This document shows positions 10,801-18,545 of a stretch of 64,000 nt of DNA, one piece after another. The first letter of the stretch is position 1, and each line of letters starts with the position of its first letter. The notes under the pieces were generated by a model. It ran no database searches. It was not told the origin of the DNA and saw only the letters and a list, made by a program, of their open reading frames with translations. A program made the position numbers and the translations under genes. The stretch comes from a virus: positions 15,488-79,487 of IMG/VR virus record IMGVR_UViG_3300047470_000115; one strand, written 5' to 3'.

Positions 10801-11147
10801 CGGGTACCAGGTATGCAATCTCTAGGTACGGACGCAAGTGGCTCCAGAAGGGTGGCAACCGAGACAAGAACGGAAATTACATTGGTTACGAGATGGGTGG
10901 CATTTTGGGGTCCATCCCGAGCCTCGCGCAGGGTGCTTACATCCGGCGCAAGGCGGGCGGTACGATCGTCCGGGTTGGAGAGGGTCAGCACGACGAAGCT
11001 GTTCTGCCACTGCCTAGGGGTGCACAGGATCTCAAGGGTGGGACGACGAACAACTTCTACGGCGACCTGTCCTTCCCGAACATCAAGTCTGGCGACGACG
11101 CCCAGGCGTTCCTCGATAACCTTGAGACCCTAACGGCAGGTAAGTGA
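4884..11147 (+). CDS. tape measure protein with C-terminal lytic transglycosylase (SLT) domain
   Basis: 2087 aa; TP901-type N-terminal region, hydrophobic Trp-periodic segment, coiled coil, and HESGGNPRAIN...GVMQ...NIIAGTRY SLT motifs. Confidence 0.95.
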   Translation: MSAAVMNIQVRVINGNARSVLRSLRSDIDNVNRALGDTNKRSALSGRGMTSLGNQIQWTGRQIQTNFTLPLIAAGAAAVHWQLQNEQAMTRVAKVYGDASLSAATMKNELHALSGAFEELSNHFGVQQSEVIGIAGDWAAAGASGLALAKSVKLTLETMVLGEMDAAEATQALIAIQAQYGFSTTRLAETIGYLNAVENQTGISMKGLIQGFARSAGVARQAGVDVRHLAAMLAAISPAAGGAAEAGNALKTIFSRLASPTRETSQVLNLMGISMKDLEWKSSTATEQLQIMSKKFKELSDKQKEVVSTVVASRWQINKFSILMRELSSENGYYQKALDATASRQHVFNLYQKELNTVLSSNPRRLQIIWTMMQNAATDIIQPMIPLLLYVANSVRMVVQAFSSLDPALQKLILFGLVALAFVGPFVRYVGSLLTLIGALVTIVSAMAAPFIAGFAAIGTGAAAFAKGIGFVWTTIMVNLRAITYIGMAWIQGVWAAGMFGLRPILSLVGMIIASRWATLMAALPRTMAAAQILMRTIWINGLLALAAAQIVVGALLTRAWLATMRAQAVITSVAGTAIRAAYTGLMLSIAAISSVVYPLVVRMWTAMMTGVFIVVNAWSRFTTMIYRAFAMGLTPISVAAGALLTAAWTAITTAVQYVLLAGTIAYTAIWRLFAFGLAPITAAAGRLLTAAWVATMRAQMIVMAAAQRAWALAWSGMVAIAAAGSRAIALVTTMATGAITLLAAFPGRVAALFRGGWALLLIVARAGLAGLASLITGAVGAISWPVVAVIAAVVLLIAGFWDQIQAIWNNIVNYFSNSGNSLVTAVRNTFGSLGSMMSRVFNKLPESVKNAMLAVVSLVAAAARKVYELFSYINPFAHHSPSLVENVTNGMAIVRKQFATLSEVEGYVKSAYATISAFGRATAGLASKNQAADFAEKRASIVKQSPSAGPAFDSMVAQINKLTPVLNQLKSAVAAQQAVVDQWSKALDDANAKLDVQQDKLEKLKKVADDLQNQLDAAKSTLDTWADTPIQGQQAMSDAIFDNTMAQKKLQLQMMEMEKITGPLDDIKSKMSAINGQMDQLQGMRTSLQQGGAGSDILKFYDDQLAGLQGQSDGLGEQAKALQDMQDQLDELARKGQELDLQNSIQFDPLIRQIEQASKDMKEMPFDTIMAGIKGSKAEVDSLTDAYNKANAEVEKQQKVVDAATAARDAIQKRYDEENKKLQTLKDSYDKINQAIQDITNSLNDMASAADAATRRATDKKAKKKGGDSLSPGAQNFIDAAGGNFPDPGMDAAIGREGGIGDQSSAIDDFTKDLAKQTSGMFAGLNPLGPLKKWWDKAWSWLKKYIGPLFSGLGDFIGSAFEGMGDPFGGAMSGWMDSIKGFVDTSVKVFGEIVSGVSTFVGQVWGFIQGFWDFAQPIFEHLWDGIVDGLKKMWDKIGPQLAAFGDLVKPVGDAISNLWTLIGPIIGLIFADLAAGVMLVVDIIAHTIGPVLETIGAIIGGVIRIIRGVIEFLVGVFTLDWDMAWKGITDIFGGVWDIIAGIVTGAWNIVVGILVGALDWVGHVFAFIWNKVKGPFKDAWDWITKKLTGWKDSFVGTMRDLSNWLGTKLANAWKPVSDWWSSTWGTIKKNAIGAKDAIIKPFVDMYNWISSKLTGVMGTMSAKWKEKWTDLKKWFNDAKKWISDPLKDGINFAISAINLLISGLNKVADLLPGLDWHISPIPKLAAGGGIPTKHVGGGFKTTGPRAIVGEGNQRYPEYVIPTDPMYRGRAFNLLGGLTSDLGIAQSSIGGVPAYKGGGILGSIGDAIGSAGNFFKGLGDDLLSHISDGVASYIVDPFFKMADPWVSKINWKFVKGMWNAGKAKIKDWLSFTDDAAKEKYEEGGAAGIPAGKLKTWITKALGIIKESLSLSKGVYNIAMHESGGNPRAINLTDSNAKAGHPSKGVMQTIDGTFNAYSIKGHKDIWNPVDNIIAGTRYAISRYGRKWLQKGGNRDKNGNYIGYEMGGILGSIPSLAQGAYIRRKAGGTIVRVGEGQHDEAVLPLPRGAQDLKGGTTNNFYGDLSFPNIKSGDDAQAFLDNLETLTAGK

Positions 11148-14100
11148 TGGCGACGGAACCGGCAAGCATTCAGAACTCTTCGTTCGTGACTGATTTCACG
11201 AACGCGGTGTCGCCGATCATCAAGCGTCCGATCCACATTCTGGATGACGGAGCGCTCGTCGCAGTAATCCCCCAGCAGAACTCCCCTGATTCGCCCTACG
11301 GATCAGGGGATAGCGTTAACAAGATCGAGATCTGGTACAGTCCTGCGGACAGGTCTACATGGACCAAGAAGGCTACTTACAACCTTCCAACCGCCTTTGA
11401 TATTTCACCGGGTGCTCATATCCACTGTGGATCGGTCCTGCTGAACGATGGAAGTGTCTACTTCGCGTGGCGCACTCCATCCCCAGACTTCATCATTAAG
11501 GCTGTAGTATTTAGCAAGACTGCAACCGCAACCTGGACGGCACCAGGCTCGGTTGAGACTGTATTCACGCCCGTCGGTCGCTTCCCGTACCGGCTCGACC
11601 TGGACGTGAACCGAGCTAACAATCGAGTCTTCCTCGGTTGGGCGTATCGAGGTATCAACTCGACCACCGACACCATCGGCGCAGATGTCATCGTTCGTAC
11701 GGCAGCCAATACGTACGACTTCATTACGGGGTCGTACGACCTCGGAGGCAACGCTCAGCAGAAGGACAGCACTGAAGACTTCACGATTGCGATCGACCCA
11801 GCGTCCACCACTACCTGGACACGCCTTGCCTACTGCGTCACCGTGGTCAGTACGACCAAGGATTACGGCGACAAGGTTTACATGCAGGTAGTGCGAAACT
11901 CTGACAACACCACACAGGGGAGTCAGCTGTATCGCACGATCAACACGGGAAGGTCTGCGAGTCGCAGGAGCAGCTGGCTATTCGCACCCAAGAACGGCAT
12001 TTTCACTCTAGTAGGCGTGGGCGGTGCCGGGGCGGGGAGCGAAGCGTGGGGGATGCGCTTCAAGACATCTGACCCCATCACGGACACTACGCCTGCAATC
12101 GCGCAAGTCGCGCCGATTACCTACTCGCCGCTCAAGTTCAACACGAACCGGAGTAACTCGCTCTTCTCCGACGTGACTGTAACTTACGCGAACGACAACT
12201 TCAACATCCTTTGGCATGACACGTCTTACGTCTACAACATGCCTGGAAAGTTCAAAGGCGTTTCGATCTTCAACGCCGACACTCTTGCGAGTGTCAGCTT
12301 TGAGACCTCGCAGTACTCGTGGGACAACAGGCGTGTTTACGATCCAGCGACCGGGCGAGGTGCTGGTGTCGCCTCCGGCCTGTACGGCGGAGCACGAAAT
12401 GCGGCTGCCACAAATATGCACGATGTGCTGATGTCATACTTCGTGCGTACGTCGATCAGCAACAAGGATGCCGCCTGGCTGCACCAGTATAACAGGCCGT
12501 CGCGAGCGCCACAGAGTGCCGTTCCCGGAAAGAATACCGTTCAGAACACTAGCTTGCCACTGATCGGGATCTACGCTGACCTGGATCAGAAGTACCCACG
12601 CACTCCGATCAGGCCGAAGATTCAGATTGCTAAGGATGCCGGATTCACGACCGGCCTTATCGAGTACACCAAGTCTGGCTACACGGCAGTAAACAACACC
12701 AACGCCGATAACACTTATGTCTACATCGCAGAGAAGCTCGCGCAGGGAAATGCGCTCCAGTCCGGCGCGTGGTACATCAGGGCGGCACACGAGGATTCGT
12801 TCGGAACTCGTGGAGCCTGGACTGTGGCGCAGCCGTTCAGTGTTCTACACAAGCCCTTCGCTTCGCCGGTGTCGCCTGTTCGTGGGGCAACGTTCAACTA
12901 CGGGGCGTCTGGACAGGTAACGTTCACCTGGACATTCGGTGATGGCTACGAGTTCGACTCTCAGACTGCGTATCGCATTCTGATCGAGACGAACGACAGC
13001 GACGATCCCGTAGTGGTACTCGATACTGGCAAGATCGCCTCGACCGATACCTTCGTGACGCTGGAGATCCCAAGCACCTCCAAGAACATCCAGCTGCGCT
13101 GGAGTATGCAGGTCTGGGACATCGACGACACTGCTGGTGACATGAGCGACTATGGCCTGTTCATGGTCGCTGATCCGCCGACGATAACCATTACGACACC
13201 AGTCGATGGCTCTGTCGTGGATAACGCCCGACCCTTTGTGCAGTGGACTTACGTGGACCCGACCGACTCGACACAGGCAGCGTACCGAGTTGTCATCCTC
13301 AAGGAGGGTGTCGCTGTATTCGACTCGGGATGGAAGACTGGAGTTGAGACTGTCTTCCAGGCGGACTCGCTTCTGTTGAGTAACGAGTCGTCGTACACGA
13401 CCGTGCTGTATGTACGAAACAGTATTGCGCTAGAGTCAAGCGTATCTTCGTCGTACACGACAGAGTGGATTGCACCACCAGACCCTGACCTGAGTAGCCT
13501 GTTCATTGACGTGACGGGATACGATCAGCGCGGCCAGGGGTATGTGCTCATCTCGTGGGCGAACCTGACGGCGGATGACGAGTTCCTGTCGTGGAGGCTA
13601 TACAGGCGATACAAGCTGTCGGACTCGGCCATCGTGGAGGACCCCGGAATCGACTGGGAGCTCGTTCACGAGGAATTCTCCGTCTCGCCTCCACTGGACG
13701 AGCCTGCATACACGTTCCTGGATTACACGGCTCCGTCTGGGTATGACGTGCACTATACACTCACTCAGACTGTGATGCGCTTTGGGTCCATCGTGGAGTC
13801 TCGGAAGGTGACGATTGACGATCTCGGGAAGATGGTGCACCTCGCGTCCGCCTCGTACTGGCTGATCGATCCAGAGGCTGACGGCAATCCAGACGATGCC
13901 ATTCAGCTGTATGGAGCCTCTTCGGACTCATACACGGACGAGTACGAGACCGAGATCATGAACATCATCGGTCGAGGACGGCACGTCGAGATTGGCGACC
14001 GCCTCGGATACTCTGGTTCACTCAAGGTGCCGCTCCGGTTCATTCGAGGTAGCGAGGCACTTGATGGACCGCGCAGGCAAAAGCTTGACCTTGAGCGATT

Positions 14101-14251
14101 CAAGGCGAAGGGCAAGGCCGTGATTCTTCGATCTCCGTTTGGAGACGTGTTCATGGCCAACACGGGAGACCTTCAGTTCGACCGCATCCCCGGGGTAGGG
14201 TCGAGTGAGTTCATTGATGTCACTCTGCCCTACTCGGAGGTGTTCAAGTGA
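11144..14251 (+). CDS. minor tail protein (beta-rich, Ig/FN3-like domains, distal-tail-like C-terminus)
   Basis: Follows tape measure; FTWTF..SQTAYRI and QWTY...QAAYRV repeats; LRSPFG near the C-terminus. Confidence 0.8.
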   Translation: MMATEPASIQNSSFVTDFTNAVSPIIKRPIHILDDGALVAVIPQQNSPDSPYGSGDSVNKIEIWYSPADRSTWTKKATYNLPTAFDISPGAHIHCGSVLLNDGSVYFAWRTPSPDFIIKAVVFSKTATATWTAPGSVETVFTPVGRFPYRLDLDVNRANNRVFLGWAYRGINSTTDTIGADVIVRTAANTYDFITGSYDLGGNAQQKDSTEDFTIAIDPASTTTWTRLAYCVTVVSTTKDYGDKVYMQVVRNSDNTTQGSQLYRTINTGRSASRRSSWLFAPKNGIFTLVGVGGAGAGSEAWGMRFKTSDPITDTTPAIAQVAPITYSPLKFNTNRSNSLFSDVTVTYANDNFNILWHDTSYVYNMPGKFKGVSIFNADTLASVSFETSQYSWDNRRVYDPATGRGAGVASGLYGGARNAAATNMHDVLMSYFVRTSISNKDAAWLHQYNRPSRAPQSAVPGKNTVQNTSLPLIGIYADLDQKYPRTPIRPKIQIAKDAGFTTGLIEYTKSGYTAVNNTNADNTYVYIAEKLAQGNALQSGAWYIRAAHEDSFGTRGAWTVAQPFSVLHKPFASPVSPVRGATFNYGASGQVTFTWTFGDGYEFDSQTAYRILIETNDSDDPVVVLDTGKIASTDTFVTLEIPSTSKNIQLRWSMQVWDIDDTAGDMSDYGLFMVADPPTITITTPVDGSVVDNARPFVQWTYVDPTDSTQAAYRVVILKEGVAVFDSGWKTGVETVFQADSLLLSNESSYTTVLYVRNSIALESSVSSSYTTEWIAPPDPDLSSLFIDVTGYDQRGQGYVLISWANLTADDEFLSWRLYRRYKLSDSAIVEDPGIDWELVHEEFSVSPPLDEPAYTFLDYTAPSGYDVHYTLTQTVMRFGSIVESRKVTIDDLGKMVHLASASYWLIDPEADGNPDDAIQLYGASSDSYTDEYETEIMNIIGRGRHVEIGDRLGYSGSLKVPLRFIRGSEALDGPRRQKLDLERFKAKGKAVILRSPFGDVFMANTGDLQFDRIPGVGSSEFIDVTLPYSEVFK

Positions 14252-16095
14252 TCCAGCCTCCTGCGTCAGTACTCAATGCGGTAATGGCACCAGTCACTAC
14301 GGTGACGCGTCGTGTCGAGTTCTATGAGGCGGATGGCGTAACACCTTGGGGTGACAGCGAGGAGGCGTCGAGTTCACTCAAGGACGGCAGCGTTAGCGTA
14401 GACTCTACGCGGGATGAGCGCCGCTCTCTGGACATGACCCTCGATAACTCCAGTGGCGCCTTCGTGCGAGATCCGAACAACGGATTCTGGTACGACAAGG
14501 TTGTCAAGGTCTATCGCGGTATTCAGTACACATCATTCGAGGAGTACGAGCAGCTCATTCTCGGATTCCACCCAGACCTCTACTGGCGGATGGACGGGGC
14601 GCTTGTAACTCGCGACCGATCCAACAACGGGATGCATGCCAGGCGAGTCGGATGGCCTGTGCTCACGCGCCCCCTCGTGGACACGCCCGACTCGATGGGG
14701 AGTGTTCGGTTCGGCGAAGATGCGACGTTCATGAGGACGGCCGACATCTTGACGACCCATCCGGCGTACGCTGGCGCTACCTGGACGCTAGAGGCGTGGG
14801 TCAGGCCGATTGGACTTAGCCCAGCATTCGGTGGTCAGATCTTCGGACGTGACGGCATAGACTGCCGAATCCAGATCGCAACCGACCTGAAGATTCAGGC
14901 CATCGTCCGCAATGCAGCTGGTACGCTATTCGTTGCGAGTCCATCGTGGTCCGCGACGCCAGGCAACATCTATCACGTGGCTGCCACACTCGACGGCTCG
15001 TTTCTGCGGCTCTATGTTAATGGCAACCTTGAGGCGAGCGTAACCTTCTCTGGAGTTTCAATCCAGTCAACGACTGGATTTTCGACAGGTAATGCAGGCG
15101 ACGGCTCGACAAAACAGCTTCGGGGTGACGTGGACGAGTGCGTCTACTTCGCGCGCGTACTTCGTCAGGATGAGATCGCACAGCACTACCAGTCCGGTCG
15201 TGGTCGCCGCGAGGTAAAGCACAGCTGGGAAGCGCAGATCGGAGAGTTCCTCATCGATAAGATCGATGAGGCTCGCTTCCCAAAGGAGACGAAGATCACG
15301 GGGAGGGACTACACCAAGAAGTGCCTCCTTGCCCAGTTGCCTGTGGCGATGAGCTTCGACACGAAGACGCCACTCGAAGACTTCGTCCGCGCCATGGCCG
15401 CCAACGCTGGCATCAAGAAGATGACGCTGCCGAAGACTGGTGTCACGATCGGTACGGCAACCGACTTCGACCAGGGCACTGAGCGCTGGAATGTCATGAG
15501 CAAGGCGTGCGAGACGGCAGCCTACGAGCTGTTCTTTACGCCCGATGGATACCTGACGATGCGCAAGCAGCTCGACCCGTCAACGAGTCCCGTGACGCTA
15601 ACCTTCGAGACTGGACCCAAGGGCAACCTGGTCGACTGGAGCAAGTCTAGTACTGACACCGAGATCCGTAACAGGATCATCTGCGTGAGCGACGGAAGCG
15701 ACCAGGTGCTCCCGTTCTATGGCGAGGCTGTTAACACTGAGATAACTTCGCCCACCAATACCACTCGGCTGGGCGAGCGTACGTTCATCTACACCTCGCC
15801 ATTCTTTACCAGTAACGATCAGTGCAAGGCCACGGCGCAACAGATGCTGAAGATCAAGGCACTAGAGAGCTTCAACGTCGACTTCAGTTCACTGGTGTTC
15901 CCGTGGACCGAGGCCGGAGAGATTGTCGAGTTCCTTGATCCAGATGCTGCTGCGTATGACCCGACGCGCTTTCTGCTCAGTTCGTTCACGATCCCGCTCA
16001 AGCTCGGACCGATGACTGCGACCGCAAAGCGCATCATCATCGTTGGCGAGTTGGCCAACCCCCTGGATGTAGCGCTCGCGGCAGTGGAGGACTGA
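14248..16095 (+). CDS. minor tail/hub protein with inserted LamG (concanavalin A-like) domain
   Basis: LYWRMD...WTLEAWVRP...YHVAATLDG..LRLYVNG...GDVDE LamG motifs inside a hub-like protein. Confidence 0.8.
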   Translation: MIQPPASVLNAVMAPVTTVTRRVEFYEADGVTPWGDSEEASSSLKDGSVSVDSTRDERRSLDMTLDNSSGAFVRDPNNGFWYDKVVKVYRGIQYTSFEEYEQLILGFHPDLYWRMDGALVTRDRSNNGMHARRVGWPVLTRPLVDTPDSMGSVRFGEDATFMRTADILTTHPAYAGATWTLEAWVRPIGLSPAFGGQIFGRDGIDCRIQIATDLKIQAIVRNAAGTLFVASPSWSATPGNIYHVAATLDGSFLRLYVNGNLEASVTFSGVSIQSTTGFSTGNAGDGSTKQLRGDVDECVYFARVLRQDEIAQHYQSGRGRREVKHSWEAQIGEFLIDKIDEARFPKETKITGRDYTKKCLLAQLPVAMSFDTKTPLEDFVRAMAANAGIKKMTLPKTGVTIGTATDFDQGTERWNVMSKACETAAYELFFTPDGYLTMRKQLDPSTSPVTLTFETGPKGNLVDWSKSSTDTEIRNRIICVSDGSDQVLPFYGEAVNTEITSPTNTTRLGERTFIYTSPFFTSNDQCKATAQQMLKIKALESFNVDFSSLVFPWTEAGEIVEFLDPDAAAYDPTRFLLSSFTIPLKLGPMTATAKRIIIVGELANPLDVALAAVED

Positions 16096-16865
16096 TGGCC
16101 GGGTTCGATGAGTACGCGTTCGCGCTGAAGTTTCGCGACACCATCAAGCGCATCGTTCGGGACATCCTGGATCAGGAGAGACCTCAGCCAAAGATCGGCC
16201 GAGTTGTCGACATAGATCGTGCATCGGGTATCGCTTACGTGGTCTACCCAGGTAGTGACGAGACCACGATGAAGGTCACTGTTTACCCAGGCGGTCAGCC
16301 GCTCAACACGGACCGACTTAACGGAGAAGGTCAGGGCAGTGTTGTCCGCGTGGCTGGAACACTCGGCTCGCGCTACATCGCTGAGGTTCTGAGTACCGGC
16401 AAGCAGTTCATGAACCCGAGGCTGTTCCGGGCAGCGTTCGCTGGCGGTGGATCTGGTGACACTACAGTTCGCAACATCTTCAGTTTTAACTCGCCGACCG
16501 TCCCACCAGCCGACGGTAGCGATTTGCCAGTCGCAACCTTCTTGTTTCCGAACCTGTGCGGCCGAGCTCGAATCTACCTTGAGCTTGCGAGTGACACGGA
16601 CGGCTGGAACCTGTACAGCGACATCCCGTTCGATCAGACTACAACGAAGAACACGCTACTGAACTGGAGTGGCGGACTTCAGAGTTCGGCGGGGATGCTG
16701 GCCAGTATGAACTACACGATCACGGCAGATCCTGGCGGACTCCTGGTCGTATTCAGTATTACCAGGAGTGCATCAAGTACGCGAACACCTACTCGTACGG
16801 CTATCGACTTCGACATGGCGGGAGCCAACGTAACCCTGACGGCAGTAGGGGATACCTTCGTATAG
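16095..16865 (+). CDS. minor tail protein
   Basis: Translationally coupled to the upstream gene; N-terminal GRVVDID OB-like segment. Confidence 0.65.
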   Translation: MAGFDEYAFALKFRDTIKRIVRDILDQERPQPKIGRVVDIDRASGIAYVVYPGSDETTMKVTVYPGGQPLNTDRLNGEGQGSVVRVAGTLGSRYIAEVLSTGKQFMNPRLFRAAFAGGGSGDTTVRNIFSFNSPTVPPADGSDLPVATFLFPNLCGRARIYLELASDTDGWNLYSDIPFDQTTTKNTLLNWSGGLQSSAGMLASMNYTITADPGGLLVVFSITRSASSTRTPTRTAIDFDMAGANVTLTAVGDTFV

Positions 16866-16939
16866 GGCCCTATGCGTCGAATGATTGCTCGCGGGCAACT
16901 CTGAAGCTTAGTCTCGTGGTCTACCTAGGAGGTCACGGC

Positions 16940-17248
16940 ATGGTGGGAGAGAACAAGAACTGGTTCCGTCGTCTGGTCGAGGCGAACCCGGTCATGGTGC
17001 GCGGCGTGATCGTCGCAATCTTCGGCCTCGTCGCCATGGGGCTGAACATCCAGTTCGCCAGCGGTGCCGTCGAGAACATCGCGAACGGCGTCATCAGTGT
17101 CTTCGCGCTGATATCCAGCTCCTGGGCGCGGCCGAAGGTCACGCCGAACACGAAGGTCGTGAGCTACATGCCGCGACCGGACACGAACCCCAGCGTCGTA
17201 CTGCCGGGGAAGGCCAACGACTCGGTGATAGGCGGAGTACAACAGTGA
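16940..17248 (+). CDS. holin
   Basis: AGGAGG RBS; two hydrophobic helices; R.KVTP motif; overlaps the endolysin start. Confidence 0.8.
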   Translation: MVGENKNWFRRLVEANPVMVRGVIVAIFGLVAMGLNIQFASGAVENIANGVISVFALISSSWARPKVTPNTKVVSYMPRPDTNPSVVLPGKANDSVIGGVQQ

Positions 17249-18222
17249 CAAGAACAGGCCCGCAGATCTACCCCGGAGCCATCCAGGGCAGCCACTGGTA
17301 CCAGGACACCTGGGGCGGTGACGCGATGGAGAGCAACGTCATCCTCGTGCACAGCACCGAGGGTACTGACGTCACGAGCTACCGGGCAGGCGCCGACGCG
17401 CCGAACTTCACCCTGATGCCGAGGATCTCGAAGAAGAAGCTGGACGTCTACCAGCACTTCGGCGTGGACACCTCCTCGCGTGCGCTCGTCAACCTGTACG
17501 GCGGCGTCGAGACGAACACGATGAACGTCGTGCAGTTCGAGCTCGTCGGCACCTGCGACGAGCGGCACAAGAGCAGCTGGGGAAGCCTCAAGGCGGGCGT
17601 CGACTACATCTTCTGGCCGGACGCCCCGGACTGGCTTCTCAACGAGGTTGGCAAGGTCTTCGGCTGGCACAACCTGCACCACGGCATCAAGCTGCAGTCG
17701 TCCGTCTCCTGGGCGCCGTACAACAAGGGCCAGGTCGGCGGCTCGTACGGCAAGAACAACGGCGTCCGCCTCACCGGCACGCAGTGGGTCGAGTACTACG
17801 GCATCCTGGGCCACCAGCACGCTCCGGAGAACGAGCATGGCGACCCCGGCAACATCAACATCAAGAAGATCATCGACTACGCGAAGGCGTGGGTCAAGGC
17901 CCAGACCGGCACTTCAACGGGCGGCACCACCCCGACCAAGCCGAACGCGCCCAAGTTCAAGCCGTACCCCGGCGTCGCCTTCTTCATGAACGGCAAGGAA
18001 CCGGCGTTCGGTAAGTCCTCGGTCGTCTTCACGAACATGGGCAAGCAGCTCGTGAAGAAGGGCTTCGGCAGGTACTACAAGGAAGGTCCCGGGCCGAAGC
18101 TGGGAAGGGCTGACGTGAACGCGTACGAGTCCTTCATGCGGAGCCTCGGCCTCACCGACAAGGATGCCGAGTGGCCGCCCGGCCCGTGGAGTTGGGGCAA
18201 GCTCGAAGTCCCCAACAACTGA
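17245..18222 (+). CDS. endolysin: N-acetylmuramoyl-L-alanine amidase with C-terminal peptidoglycan-binding domain
   Basis: HSTEG...GHQHAPENEHGDPG Zn-amidase motifs; Thr/Gly/Pro linker; C-terminal GPGP...AY...LG...PGP.SW domain. Confidence 0.9.
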   Translation: MTRTGPQIYPGAIQGSHWYQDTWGGDAMESNVILVHSTEGTDVTSYRAGADAPNFTLMPRISKKKLDVYQHFGVDTSSRALVNLYGGVETNTMNVVQFELVGTCDERHKSSWGSLKAGVDYIFWPDAPDWLLNEVGKVFGWHNLHHGIKLQSSVSWAPYNKGQVGGSYGKNNGVRLTGTQWVEYYGILGHQHAPENEHGDPGNINIKKIIDYAKAWVKAQTGTSTGGTTPTKPNAPKFKPYPGVAFFMNGKEPAFGKSSVVFTNMGKQLVKKGFGRYYKEGPGPKLGRADVNAYESFMRSLGLTDKDAEWPPGPWSWGKLEVPNN

Positions 18223-18233
18223 CACCCCAAGTT

Positions 18234-18272
18234 CCCCAGGGGCAGTCCATGAGCCCTTGCCTGCCCCTGGGG
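18234..18272 (+). terminator. hairpin after endolysin
   Basis: ccccaggggcag / ctgcccctgggg perfect 12-bp inverted repeat. Confidence 0.6.
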
Positions 18273-18294
18273 TCCCCCGATTGTAGAGGTTGAG

Positions 18295-18534
18295 ATGACG
18301 AAGAAGGGTAACACCGAGAAGATCTTGCCCAACCCGAATCGCATGACCATCTTCAATGCGTTCGGGCTGGACTCGGAGGGGATGTGGGTACCCAAGGGGG
18401 AGCAGCTTATCCTCTGCGCCTGCGGCTGGAAGGATGGGTTTCGGGTCTTCCCGGAGGGTGACATCTCCAAGTCGGTCCAGGACCACAACCAGAGCTGCGA
18501 ACTCCTCGAAGGCCGCGACCGCTCGAAGATTTAG
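18295..18534 (+). CDS. small hypothetical protein (CxCGW...H...C Zn-finger-like)
   Basis: GAGG RBS; fills the gap between endolysin and spike. Confidence 0.6.
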   Translation: MTKKGNTEKILPNPNRMTIFNAFGLDSEGMWVPKGEQLILCACGWKDGFRVFPEGDISKSVQDHNQSCELLEGRDRSKI

Positions 18535-18545
18535 GGGAGAGCTTC

